Below, piece after piece: positions 47,705-61,062 of a DNA stretch of 64,000 bases. The notes below the pieces were generated by a model. The model saw only the letters and a list, made by a program, of their open reading frames with translations, did no database searches and was not told the origin of the DNA. The position numbers and the translations under genes were made by a program. Origin of the DNA: Podarcis erhardii. Its lineage: Eukaryota. Within the stretch, counting starts at the first letter, position 1; every line of letters begins with the position of its first letter. The stretch lies in NCBI GenBank assembly GCA_964252035.1, contig OZ176201.1. One strand, given 5' to 3'.

Positions 47705-48616
47705 TTTGAAGCTGATTTCCTAAGATACCTTTGGAAATTGCTCTAGGCTTTCACCTCCTTTTCAGCACCACCTGCTTCTGGCAGAATAATGTCCCTTCCA
47801 GCAAATGGGGAAGTAACCTCAGCAGAGAGTCAGCAGGGAGAGAAGTTATCAGAGTCAGCAGTTTGCTCTTCTTACCCCATCTCTCAAGAGGAAGAAGTTA
47901 TAACAGAGGACAGCTTGTTGGTCTTCATAATTTTCCTCCTCTGTTTCCAGATTCTTCCAGAAGCAAACCAAGCAGAAAATACACGTCAGAGCCCTACAAT
48001 GGAAATGTTGCTGGGGCTGACCTTTGGTCTTTGCTTATCCAGTGACTTTGACAAACATTTTGATAGTGTTGGCAGGGTGGGCAAAGGGATCCTTATCCCT
48101 TGGACTGCCAGTTCTTTGGTTAGCAGGTTTGGCTAATGTCTCTGTTTCCATCCTCAAGCAGAATCACGTTCCTCCTCTTCTGGATCATTGCAGGGTCATT
48201 CTACAGAGGCGGCCCTCACAATGAGGAGGCTGGATGTGTGCAAATAGACAGGACCCTCTGAATGCAGGTCAAATCTCCTATGGTGAAAAAGGGAAGCATC
48301 AAGGCAAAACAGGGATCAAATAATGGTACTGATGTAGCACATTTCAAGTGTTCAGTGCATTTCAACAAAACATTACCTCAGAAATCCTTACAGCAGCCCT
48401 GAAAGGTATTACTTTCTCAGCACCCTTAACAAATTACAGTTTCCAGGATCTTTTGTGGGAAACCATTAATGTTTGAAGTGGCATGAGAGTGCTTTAAATG
48501 TATGGAGCGAGCGATGGTGGTCTTGTTTCAGTATCAGCAACAGGAGAGCTTCCTCCAGCACACCTGGTGACATCAACATAATTACAGGGATGCAAAACAA
48601 GCCACATGGCATAGGT

Positions 48617-48766
48617 CAGGGGTGCCCAAACTTTTTTCAAAGAGGGCCAGATCTGATGAAGTGAACATGCGTGAAGGCCGACCAAAGTTGTTGAGCTTTT
48701 TTAAGGATTTGATTCCTAAACTGCCACAGGGGCTGGATTAGACTTTGTAGACTTTAGACATGCCTG
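48617..48766. mobile_element. hAT-type MITE (150 bp) with perfect 8-bp TSD
   Basis: TSD gcataggt at 48609-48616 and 48767-48774; imperfect TIRs caggggtgcccaaact / caggcatgtctaaagt. Confidence 0.9.
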
Positions 48767-50029
48767 GCATAGGTAACTCTCTCCCCCAGTGGAAGGGCAC
48801 AGCCAGAGGGCATAAGAGAAAGGGCTATAGAGCTGCCGCCATTGGCCTCTCTTCTTTGCATGTGTCTATTGAGGCAATCAGCTCTCTCTGCCTAAAAATA
48901 CAGTCAGCTCTGTAGAGGAGCTTTGAGCCATTAGTTGCATTGTAAGAGTCAATAATGTTGCCTCAGACTCTACAAATCAAACAGTTCTGAAAGCCACCCA
49001 CCCGCTTCAAACAGCAATCTGAAATAAACATGGGGGGGGGGCGGAAAATCACATCATTTTCTACAGATGCTTGGTGGACATCTTGCTACTTGTTTGCATA
49101 AAGTACAGCACTGACAGGAAAAGTAAGTACAGGTGACTGAGAAAGAATAGGTATGTAGGCGTGGATAGTTAAGAATGTATTTCATCCTAATATTGCACCC
49201 CTAGCTGCCATTCTTTGAAAGCATTTTCCCTCCTTGGTACTTAGGAAGCTGTTCAAGCACTTAATCCCGTTCACTATAGCAAGACCAAGTCATGTGAGAT
49301 CATTTGAGCCTGCCAGTCATTAGCAATCACTGACCACCATGTAGGAAGAAAAGAAGCTCCCAGGACAATACCACTACAATATGAAGACACTCACAGGCAT
49401 AAGAGCAGGGAGATAGTCTACGAACTGTTGGTCCTGGCGATCATGACGATGAAACATTTGTAGAGTAATAAATTCTGGAAGAGCTGCAGCAAAAATGAGA
49501 GTCTTGTGGAACTTTATGAGATGTAATCAAGCTAAGCATTGACACTCCCTGCCCATATCACTGCAGACAGATGCTATGGTGGCCTTTTTCTATGCACTCC
49601 AATTCTGAGCTTAAGGAATCTAATTTAGATGCCAATTAGATCAAAGTGATGCATCAGCAATTTCCTTATTTTTATTCATAGATAGGCAGGGGGGCTTTGC
49701 AAAGTATTTCAGGCTTTCAGCAACAAGGCTCAAATGTAAACTTTGACAGAGAATAAAGGCTGGGGAATGGAAACTCATTGATGTTGTATAACTCTTAAGA
49801 TCTAAGTACCATGAGTAATCTAGCCCTGAACTGTGTAATCAGACAGACAGTTATTTCCAAGTTTCATCAGAATTCTTTCCCACCCTTGTTAGCTGGAGAA
49901 ACTGGTGACTGAAGCCAGAATTAAAAATGCGGTTTTTGAAATTAAAAAAATAATAATTAAAGCAGATTTTTAAAAATGATTGCTTAACCATTCCCCTCTT
50001 GAATTATGAAACAACACATTGTTTCATGC

Positions 50030-51180
50030 AGTGCAGGACAAGAGGTCTTGAGAATTCCGAATTCATTGGCAGACGCTTGGAGCAACCGGCCAGAAATTTT
50101 GGGTGGGAGTGTTTCATTACCGTGAAGGCTGTCGGCTCCCGCGAAGAAGAGGGGATGGGAATTAATGGCCAGGAAACGTGCGAGGAAAAAATACCGCACA
50201 TTAAAAAAAGAGAGACTTACCGGCTCCTGGGGAAGCGGAATATTCCCCAACCCCGCCCCTTTCCCAAACTTTCGGCCAATGGGGATGGAGAGCGGGGACG
50301 TCACTTCCAATACAGGACGGAGGGGGCGCGTGGGTGCTCGCCAGCTTCATACACGTTCATGGGTGGGATTTAAAGGCGCGTTTTTGCGGGAGGGGAAAGG
50401 AAAGTTGGCGGGGACAGGCGGGGTGGATGAGGAAGAAAGGGTGGGAGATCCGGGGTAGGGCGGGGGTGTTGCTCGAAGCGTTTCTCGTGATGCCCTTGTT
50501 GTAAATCTAGCAGGCAGATCCGGCTATTATGCTGCACCCCCATGGAGACCGGAGCTCTGCCGCCTTCACCGCGAAAGTGAAGGATTCAGAATTCCGACGC
50601 AACCACTGTACACGTGTAAAGTTATATTGCCGTACGAGGCTTCCGCGCCGCCCGTTTCTGTTTTCCAGGAAGAGGGTCGAGAGGGAAATCGTTCTCTGTT
50701 TCTCTCCCGGGCGCGCTGTTTTGGAGGTCGGGCCATGTGGGGGGCGCTGATCGGCAGAGGGCAGCAGCGATCCCACGCCTGCAACCCGGGAGGGCGAGGC
50801 GCCAGGCGGGGGAACAAATCCCTCTTTCCTTCGGAGTCTGGTTTCTATTATGCAGCCTGTCCCGCTTGCTTGGGCTCCGAGGAGGGGGCGGAAGGGGTTT
50901 CGGCGAAAGGAAACAATTAAGCTCTGCAGCTTCTGGAGGCAAAAGCCCGGGCTGTGCAGCTGTGGATCGTGGAGGCTTAACTCTTCCCTTTCCAGGACGG
51001 GCGATGCAAACCTAGAAATTACTAGAATTTTAAATTTCACAAAGGCAAGCCAATGACTTTCCCGTTCAGATCTCTCACCTGCACCGATAGCTGCTCGACG
51101 GGAGCCTTGATGAGGCAGAGCAATCGAAAGTGGGCAATTCAAAGAGGCAGCATTTTAAAAGTGATAAAAGACGCAGGCAA
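50030..51180. promoter_or_regulatory. CpG island: probable upstream HYAL1 promoter with a non-coding first exon ending at 50221
   Basis: Dense CpG; perfect minus-strand donor CCG|gtaagt at 50220; CCAAT at 50276-50280; ETS-CRE-like GGAAGTGACGTC (minus strand, 50308-50297); GC boxes. Confidence 0.72.
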
Positions 51181-51808
51181 TCAATGGGGAGAGTGACCTG
51201 ATGGGTACTGTGCTGTATTTGAAGCCACAAATATTAGACTGACTTCAGTTCACACACCTAGGGTTAACTATATATATTTTCTAATCCCCGAGAAACTTCT
51301 GTTCTACCCTTAAAAGCTGTATGATAGACAGGAGTTCAACAGGCACAGCTTCCTCTTGCAGTGTGATAAATGACGGGAGTTGGGGGAAAGCGGCACCTGT
51401 TCTTTTCCTCTTTCTAATGTTACAAGAGCCCTGGCGGGTGGGATGAAGGAGAAGTAGCAACTTGAGTCTAAGCTTTGAGATGGTCTTTCCTGCCACTGGA
51501 GGCTTAATTTGAGGCAGACTTTGCCCTGGAAATATTTCAGCAGCTGGACTCAGCCTTCAATTACACAAAATAAATGCAGTACAGCACCTTTTGACATATA
51601 CAGAGCGTTCCCTGTCGCTACAATCCACCAATTTCATCTGGGCTATCAAAGCAATAATTTAGGCACAGTCTCTTGCAGTTTTTAAACAAAAGGGTTGTTC
51701 TGTGCACAATTGAAAGGCACTCTGCATATGCTCAGAGCCACTTTGCCATAATCGTTTAAAAGAGTGTTCCCAAAAGAAAGACAAGAGTTTTTGAACACTA
51801 AACGTAGT

Positions 51809-51936
51809 TGTTGTTTAGTTGTTTAGTCGTGTCCGACTCTTCGTGACCCCATGGACCAGAGCACGCCAGGCACTTCTGTCTTCCACTGCAGTTTGGTCAA
51901 ACTCATGTTTGTAGCTTCGAGAACACTGTCCAACCA
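51809..51936 (-). mobile_element. Short BovB 3' fragment (128 bp) with 12-bp TSD
   Basis: Reverse complement matches the 3' end of the BovB copy at 16.6-16.75 kb. TSD actaaacgtagt at 51797-51808 and 51937-51948. Confidence 0.92.
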
Positions 51937-52989
51937 ACTAAACGTAGTAACCACACTCTAATTCAACCTTCCTCAGCCTGGCACCCTCCAAATATTTTGG
52001 ACTCCAGTTGCCCATCACCCCTGACCATTTACCATATTGGGTGGCGTGGATGAGAGTTGGAGGCCACTGAGATCGCCACCCCTGCTTTTAGACACTGCCT
52101 GTTTCTCAGCATCAGCTTCTAATTATTAGCAAAGTGGAACAACTGATTCAATCCAGCTAATTATTGTCCAGTTGGCTCAGTTATGCTGTGAAGAGCTGAC
52201 CTCAATTACCAGAACTAATTCAGTCTTGCAAAGTGGATTTCTTTCTTTCTTTTGTCCAGCTCCCTAAAACATGTCAGTTTAAATTAGAATATGCCATCCT
52301 AACTGGAAGATGAAGCAGTCCTGTAAACAACTACTCACCCCAGTAAAATGCGACACAAGTTATACAATAGAGAAAGATAGCTTCCCCAAAGCATCCTGGT
52401 CTGGGAACTGTAGTTCTGTGGGGGAAATCACAACCCCCTGGTGCCCAGAACAAGCTACCCTTCTTCTCAGGAAGATTTGGGCAAAAGTCCTGGGAACTAT
52501 AGGTTGCTCAGGGCACCTGATCATCACTCTCCTTGCAGGGCACTGGAATGGACTGGCACTGCTTGGAGTGTGACTTCAAAGGTACCTCTTGCAGCTGTGA
52601 GGATGTCAGCACTTTCAGGCGCTAGATGCACAGCAACAACCCCCACGTATGTCACTTCCTGTCCTTTTATATTCCAGGATCACCGCATCGCACGGATACT
52701 ATCTGTTCCGCCTTGTGCGATGGGCGGGATTGAAAAATCATTTGGACAAAAATTGGGATAGGAGCCTGGTCCCCCCCAGCCACCTCAGGCCCCAGGCTAA
52801 AGTGAAGCAAGCAATAAGCTGTTTGATTTCCTTTTGGCCTAAGTCCCAGCTGCAGCCACCTGAGTACCAACGTCTGTGTGCTGCTCTGTTACCAACATTC
52901 CCTGGCAGCATGATGGCAGTTTCCATGCACAGTCCTTAGTCTCTGATGAGTTGTGGGGTGGGCTAGTTGGGCATTTCAAACATCCAGTA

Positions 52990-53214
52990 CAGTGGTACCT
53001 TGGGTTACATACGCTTCAGGTTACATATGCTTCAGGTTACAGACTCCACTAACCCAGAAATAGTACCTCGGGTTAAGAACTTTGCTTCAGGATGAGAACA
53101 GAAATCGGGCTCCGGCAGCGCAGCAGCAGCAGGAGGCCCCATTAGCTAAAGTGGTGCTTCAGGTTAAGAACAGACCTCCGGAACGAATTAAGTACTTAAC
53201 CCGAGGTACCACTG
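52990..53214. mobile_element. pogo/Tigger-like MITE copy
   Basis: ta-cagtggtacctt...gaggtaccactg-ta. Confidence 0.9.
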
Positions 53215-53739
53215 TATTTTTATGTAAAGGGTCACAGCATTTTCATCTGATCCATTTGGGCTTGCAGTACATGTGTCTGTGGCACAACTGCAGAAATAGA
53301 AGGGACTGAGCAATCATAACAGAATTCAGTGGGGAAAACGTATCCACACAACATCAGTGTAACTTTGCAGCAAATGATAAATGAATATGCATTTATTCTA
53401 CCACCCCACCCCATCCCCCCAAAACCCCAACTGAGTATGTGGGAAAGATCCCTAGACTGTGGCAACAGGAGTCACCAGTAGATGTCTCCCTCATTCTTGT
53501 CCTAGATTGTGCAATTCAGAACTGTTCTAGTGAGAATGATGAAACTGAGCTTTGGGAAAGGCGATAGTTGTTGGATTTATGAGAACAACTTTCTGTAAAT
53601 TCTTTGTCCAAACAAACCCCACAAATTAGGCAGAATGGTGACCCTATTGTGTTTCCACAGCTGGCCTACACAGATTCTCCTGGTGGGGAAAGTGACAGAA
53701 AATTGAACTGCAGGGATCAGTTCCTGAAATTTCAAGATA

Positions 53740-53964
53740 CAGTGGTACCTTGTGTTACAAACACCTTGGGTTACAGACTCCGCTAACCCGGAGTAGTACT
53801 TCAGGTTAAGAACTTTACCTCAGGATGAGAACAGAAAATGTGCGCCATCAGTGCGGCGGCAGCGGGAGGCCCCATTAGCTAAAGTGGTACCTCAGGTTAA
53901 GAACGGTTTCAGGTTAAGAACGGACCTCCGGAACGAATTAAGTTTGTAACCAGAGGTACCACTG
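53740..53964. mobile_element. pogo/Tigger-like MITE copy
   Basis: ta-cagtggtacctt...gaggtaccactg-ta. Confidence 0.9.
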
Positions 53965-55655
53965 TACCTAGGTATGGGGTTTGGTGGGTAGAGTAGACTC
54001 TCTTCTACAGCTCGCTGCAAACATTCCCGTCAGCCCCTGCAATAAAACAAAGAGGCTTGGAATCCTTGCCTTTCTGAAATGATAAACGTTATGGTGGGTG
54101 AAGAGCAATCTCCCTTGATGAGACAGAGCTTGAAAATGGAGGTGGGTGGAAGGAGGGGAGCGGCGAACATTCTTGGCAAGCGCATCAGAGGAAAAAAGAA
54201 AGCAAACACTCTACGTGGGGTTCAGTTTCTCTCCAGGCCTCCTACTCTGTTGGTCTCTGCGCTTTCCAGACAAATTTTAATAAACACACTTTCACTGCTG
54301 AACTCACAGTAGTGCCAGTCCAATGTCAACAATAGTATAGTATTCTGTTCCCATTAAATAGGGAGAGAGGGTCATGGTAGCTTTCTTACCAGTTTTTAGG
54401 GATGGGAAGAACAGCCTCTCTCCTGCCTGACACTTTAAAAAGAAAACAGGAAGGATGTGTGCTGGAGTTCACACCCTGTACTAAGTTAAGTTTCCACTTC
54501 TTAATAACTGAGAATAACAGAGAACCTACAAAGGACAAATGGGATTGGTGGCATTTTACCACTTTTAAAGAAATATATGTTTCAGTGGTGTGGTTGCATG
54601 CAATGCAGCTTTTGCATGAAATTGCAAGGTAGGATGAACTGAGCAGGAAAGGGTATTACTTTTCTCAGTGGCAGAGTAACATGTCCCTTCAGCAGGCATA
54701 GAGGAAAGACATCTGGATCTCACATAAAAAATGAGAAACCACTATAGTTACCCTTCTCCCTAGGCCTAAATAGGCTCCAGGACTCCTGTTTTCTAAGGCA
54801 GCCCATAAACTCTCTGCAAAATCTTATTCAACCCACATTTTAAACAACTCTTATAGCCTGATCCTAGGCATCTTTACTCCAAAGGAAGTTCCACTAAGTT
54901 CAGAGGGGTTTACTGCAAAGTAAGTTTATACAGGGTTGCAGCCTTGTATATTGGATTGCAGCTGCAATCGAGGGAGGCATATCTGTAGAAAACTAACCCA
55001 CGCACCCCCAATAAGTTTAAAACCATGTAGGTAGTGCTTCTACCTTCAAGTGTAATTTGGAATCAGTTTTACAACCTGCTAAAGAAGACAGACTGTATGT
55101 TGTCCGGAACTAGATATGAGGGAGGGAGGTGGCTGTTGTGCACATTACCTACTAACCCAGTGATGTGGTCTCTCTATGTCTATCTCCCACACATTGCACC
55201 CCAACCCCCAGACACCACTACCTTTCTCCCCAGTTTGCACTCAGAAAGACTCCCTCCAGCACCCATTCTGCCACTTACCCAGTATTGCCTCATGTATGAC
55301 ATTTTAGGGGCCTTCCATCGGGGCACGAGGAGACCTTTTGCACCTTCATACGAACAACTGGATCCCTAATAACATGAACTGCAAGACTGCTCAACTATCT
55401 ATAAGGATCAGGCACACTCAGTAACACACTAAACATTGATTTGGAGGTGCACTCTTAGAAGGCCCTTCACACCTGTTTCTTTTTAAGAAAGGTGGGGGGG
55501 GGGAGAAATCTCCAGATATACAACTTCATGTAATGCCCCCCACTCAGTGCAGCCCTAATGTGGGTGCATACCCTCCAACATTTCTCCGATGGAAATAGGG
55601 ACATCCCGTTCCATAATGATACTTTTACTATTTATACGCCACACATCTTATTACA

Positions 55656-55726
55656 AACCACTCTGGGCAGCTTCCAACATACATAACCACTTATTAACCA
55701 CTCTGGGCAGCTTCCAACATACATAA
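55656..55726. repeat. Tandem duplication (31-bp identical core, 40-bp period) within an L2/CR1-type fragment
   Basis: aaccactctgggcagcttccaacatacataa at 55656-55686 and 55696-55726. Confidence 0.9.
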
Positions 55727-56785
55727 AAACATACTAAAACATTCAACATTTTAAAAAACACCCTTCCCTATACAGGATTGCCTTCAGACAGCTCAGGGGT
55801 TGGATAACTCCATACCCTCCAACATTTATCTGGTTGCTCACTGTTAGAACAGTGTGCTGGACCAGATAGATGGACTTTCAGCCTGATCCATCAGGGATCA
55901 TATTATGTTCCTAAACAAGGATGTGAGTGGGGTAGTGGGTGAGAAGGAAAGATTTCTTTGCTTTACTGCTGGGTGATCTGCTTTGCTCTGCATAAAGAGT
56001 CCTGGTTGGCTTTCCTATCCCCCTGCCCAGTAGCAATGCCTATGCAAGAGGCCCCCTCTCCCCCTCGCTTCCTTCTCTGTTGTTCTGTGGTTAGGATTAG
56101 CCACACAAAGCCCTTTTTCAGTACCAGACTCGAGGCTGTGAGTGGCCACAGCAGTGAAGGCTGATGATTATTTAGTGGCATTAGCATGATGAAAGCGGAG
56201 AGGGCGATTCCAATGGCCCACAGAGAAAGCATTTCATTCACCTCCCATAGCTATTGACATCAGCATGAGAACAAGGGGGTGAAATTTGCCATTGTGCTAT
56301 CAGGGGCACCAGTGGTTTGATCTCTAGCTCTCAGAAAACTCAAGGCAGTGGATGGGAACCATCAGCTCTCGCTCGTCTTCAAGGACCTCTAAACCAGGGA
56401 TGGATGAGCCGTGGCCTTTCAGGTATCACCACAACATCCCCGTCCATTGGCCAGGGTTAACAAGTGTTTAGGTCCAAGAATATCTGGAAGGCCACAAATT
56501 TCCTAACCATGCTATAACTTCTTCCCACCTCACAGGATGATGGTGATGCTGCCATGTATGCCTTTCTCTCAAACACCCCCCCCCAAAAGAGGCTGCTACT
56601 TCTGCTCCCTCCTCCCAAGGCAGCACTGCCACACCTCATGGTGGGTAACTGAAGTATCTCTGAGGAAACTGAATCAAAGCGCCTTTTGAAAATTGCCACC
56701 ACCTGAAGTTCTTTGTCATGCACTGAGCCAAACTAAGAGACAGATCTCTTAATGACCAGGCCAGGAAGCTTTTAAACAAGAATTA

Positions 56786-57016
56786 CAGTGGTACCTCAGG
56801 TTACAGACGCTTCGGGTTACAGACACTTCAGGTTACAGACTCTGCTAACCCAGAAATAGTACCTCGGGTTAAGAAGTTTGCTTCAGGATGAGAACAGAAA
56901 TCGCGCGGCGGCAGTGGGAGGCCCCATTAGCTAAAGTGGTACCTCAGGTTAAGAACAGTTTCAGGTTAAGAACGGACCTCCGGAACGAATTAAGTTCTTA
57001 ACTCGAGGTATCACTG
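56786..57016. mobile_element. pogo/Tigger-like MITE copy
   Basis: ta-cagtggtacctc...gaggtatcactg-ta. Confidence 0.9.
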
Positions 57017-58716
57017 TAATTAACCCACACACACCCCAGCAAGAGAGCTTTGGGGCTGGGGTAGGAGGTCTTCTGGCTCACACTTAAAAATACCCAGGAT
57101 TGTATCCACGCTGGGTTTGAGAAACTGTTTTGAAGTACAGGGATTGGAATTTATTTTAAATGATCGTATTATACAGAGGATTGGCCACAGAACAAATCTT
57201 CAGGAATCGGCACATTGCGGATTTTGTAAAAGTGCACTGAACACATTTGTTTTGTGTTCGTCCTTTGAAACAGAATGACACATCTTCTAGCTACATAACT
57301 GTGACCTATAATTTTGTAATTCATGATATATATATATCTATATCTGTCATGCTTAGCCACTGTTCTCTTTCAAAGAGTGACGGTTAAAATGACTAGTTAA
57401 AGAATGATAAAAGCTGGGAGTTTTCTGCTTTTTCAATACATACCTATGGGCAAAGTGCGGGTGGCAATTCACGTTTAAGTGACTATGAGTACCGAATCAG
57501 GGGTAATCATTAAGAATTCTAGATCCATAAATCCAGAGTAAGAATTAGGAATTTGTGTAGGTGCATAGACTGGCTGGTTCCCTACAAAGTGTTAAAACTG
57601 TAAGCATTCGCACACCACATCCCCAAGCATTTCACATGGCTTTTAGTAACCTTTCTCCAAGTCTCTCTGCTCAAGAATTTGGCATGGCCTTAAACAAAAG
57701 ACAACTAGTTTCTGCCTGACTATGACAAGTAGAGGTGGAACTTGACAGCACAAAGCATATTCCAGACTCAGAGAGGGAACCGTGCAATCAATGTGACAAA
57801 AGAGAGAATAAAACAGGGGAAATGCTTTCTGTTCCAGTGTCTTGAATATATGGAAATGTGTGTGGGGAAAGCCATGAAAGGCTGAGAAAGGGAGCACATC
57901 GAAAAGCAAGAAGATGAAGGGAGAAAACATGTTCGATCCTGGGAAAAAGATTTAGAGAAGGGAAAGAAATGGCAGCCTGCCATCAGATCAGCCGTGGGCT
58001 GGTATATACTCTGGAGAAATCAAACACAAGGACAAGCCAAGGCTTGCATTGGTTGTGGCTTCCGAAAAAAACTACAGATAACTGCCCACATAAGCAGCAC
58101 TGGCAATCCTTGTGCAACACTCTGCCCTCCTAGGGAGATAGCAACTGAGCTTTGATTTGTTGGCGCCCTTTGTGGCACTAGGGGGCGCTCTCCTACTGAA
58201 CGGAAAGCAGGAGGACGTTCGGCACTGACCCTCGCACAGTAGATGTTTTGACAGGGACCCCCAAGGGAGCGATATTCCTTGTTTTTCCAAAGCTAAGATG
58301 GAGAAATTGTGCACTCCTGGTTTTCAGGCAAAGGGTGGGGAACAGACCAACCTCCCTCATCCCCCAGCTCACACATTTGTCTAAAGAAACAAGTGGACTA
58401 GATTTGCCTCTGGACAAAGCATCTTCATGCATAACCTCACAAATATTATCATCCACTTTGATTTTTTTTTTAAAAAAATAAAAGTTTCTGGCATTAATAG
58501 GACATGAGATGAGACAAAGTGTACAGACACTATTCTCATTTGGGGGGGGGGTGAATTAGCTTGCTCCCCCATTTCAGCATTTTACTTTGTGCCCACCCCC
58601 AGAAAAATTCCTGTGCTACTGTTATAGGTCCTGTTTTCCCTTTCCCAAATAGCAGTCTAATCAGATGCTTAATTGCTCCAGTTATCTGAACCGTATCCAT
58701 GGAGATTAATCTTATA

Positions 58717-58946
58717 CAGGGGTCAGCAAACTTTTTCAGCAGGAGGCTGGTCCACTGTCCCTCAGACCAAACTATTTTTTGGGGAGGGGGAATGAACGAA
58801 TTCCTATGCCCCACAAATAACCCAGAGATGCATTTTAAATAAAAGGATACATTCTACTCATGTAAAAACGCCTGACTGTCCACGGGCCGGACTGAGAAGG
58901 CGATTGGGCTAGGTCCGGCCCCCGGGCCTTAGTTTGGCTACCCATG
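58717..58946. mobile_element. hAT-type MITE (230 bp) with 8-bp TSD (7/8 match)
   Basis: TIRs caggggtcagcaaact / catgggtagccaaact; TSD atcttata (58709-16) / atcttatg (58947-54). Confidence 0.85.
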
Positions 58947-61056
58947 ATCTTATGCCTTTTTTCAAGCACCTACTTGCCCTTTATGCTCTTAGGTATATGG
59001 CATCACATTTTATGAGGCTCCTGGGGGCAATGAAATAAATACCTCAATGGACAAAAAAACAAACAAATGAAGAGCCGTGTACCTCCTTGCTCCCCCAGAT
59101 TGTCTCTAATCAAAATGTGTGTGCAGTGAACAGCAGTACCCCTGGCTGAACTCAGCTAGCAGAGGAATGCTCATATTTATAGCACTGGACATGTGCTGTA
59201 CACGCCTCTTAATCCTATGATTTAAAGCTGGCTTGTGCCTCTTCTCACAATTAAAAAAAACATTCTCCAAGGAAATGCAAGAACCACAGCTCACCCCAGA
59301 GTCATCTTGCATTCTTCTGTGCCCAGGGACTGTTCAGTTTTTTGGACAAGATGTCATTATTTCTGGAAGTCTTCAGGTGGGAGTTTTAGGTAGGGTTGCA
59401 AGTCCAGAGCACTTTCCAGTTCACCTAGAAGAGCACGTGGACAACACACACTATGTTTCTATACAGGGATGGTAAACCTATGCCCTTCCAGATTTTGCTG
59501 GATCCCAACAATCAGCCTGAGGCAACATGGCCAGTGGCCAGGCATAAGGCTGACTTACAGTAGGCAGAAAAACTAGCCCACCAAGAGCCATCCCAGAGGA
59601 GATGCCTGCTCTCAAGAGACCCATCTTAGGCACCGTAGCAAGAGGCATTTTATGTGCAAGAGGATTAGTGAAGTTTTTCCTTCACTGTGAAACAAATAAT
59701 ATCCACTCACATCAGGAATTTCATTTCAATAAACCCCATTCCCTTGGCAGAAGATGACCTGCAGCCCAACCCCTGGGCAGAAAACAGGGAGGAGTTGTAG
59801 CTCAGAGTTACAAAACAGGCGCTGGAGGCTCCAGGGTCAGATCGTAGCATTTCTCAGCTCGATCACTTAACTGGATGTATTGCTGGAAAACATTTTGGTA
59901 AACAGAACAAAGAGGTTGGCTGCTGCCAACTGCTTGACAATACGAGTGGGTTAATAGTACTGGGCAAAATAACCCACTGACCTGGTGCAGTGCGAGGCAG
60001 CTCCCTGTGTTCTCAACACCAATTTGATCACAGGCAGCTGAAGGGCAGATAAGAAAACAGGCTGCAAGTTTGACGCAGCTCTACCTGCCTGTTCCCCAAG
60101 TCAGCCCAAGGTGCCTCTTAGCTGCCTTCCAAACCAGCAGCAATCCCCCCCTCACAGAAGACAACCCCATGAAGCACCACAATTTGGTTCAGTATTTCCA
60201 AGCTTGTTTTCTACAGATGCCCAGCCTCTTCCACTGCTTTTAGAGATGAACAAGTCAGGATCAGCCAAGAAACAAGCAGCCAAAGAAAACTAGATACACT
60301 CCTAAAATCAGGGGTAGGAGAGCTCAACCAGCCCAAAGACCAGGTTGCTCTGTCTTCCATCCAGTGAAGCAAGGAGGTATCATCAGAATTCAAAGAAAAG
60401 GCAGGCGAAAACAACAGAGGGTGCAGTGCACAACCAGTGGGAGAGGAAGGCCTAGGGGGAGGGGGTGTGGCTTGGGGGTGAGCCCTGTATGGCAAACAGA
60501 GAAGGTCCTCTGTCGACTGTAAGAGAAGCAGGGAGAAAAGGAACACAATGGCAGTCAGGCCGCGCCCCTGCCTGCAGCCTCTCACTCTCCTGTGCAGGGC
60601 ACATGACCCTGACAGAGACACCCAGTGTTCCTTCCACTTTGGCAACTGCTTGGCTTTGCCAGCCAAAACTCGTTGACTTAATTACAAGGAGCAGGAAGTC
60701 CGGACAAGGAGAGGCAGCCCCTTGCTGCTCCAGTAGAGACAAAGAGCAACACTGGGAAGGAGAGCTGAAGGCCAGGCTGGCAGATGGCCTCTGTACAAAC
60801 AGCAGAAGGGGAGAGGGGGTGCAGCCACAGCAGCAACAGGCCTCTTTCATTGGGGGTCTCCAGACTCTCTGGCCGCACCCGAAACAGGAAGAGCTGAGGG
60901 AATTGTTAAGGCAAGTAAGAATGATCTGGTTCAGGCGCAGCTACTCGGGGATGGTCACAGGAGGGTGACCAGCACTGGCCAGAGCCACAGTTCTGTGATG
61001 AGAAGGACAAAGCCACACACGATGGGGGGAGGTGTTAATGAAAAGCCGGCCAACGT

Positions 61057-61062
61057 TTTATT
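61057..61062 (-). terminator. Candidate HYAL2 poly(A) signal
   Basis: AATAAA on the minus strand, ~1.05 kb after the stop codon. Confidence 0.55.

Noticed and set aside
53527-53600. C-box-like ATGATGA considered as a C/D snoRNA
   Set aside because: No properly placed D box (CTGA) with a terminal stem.
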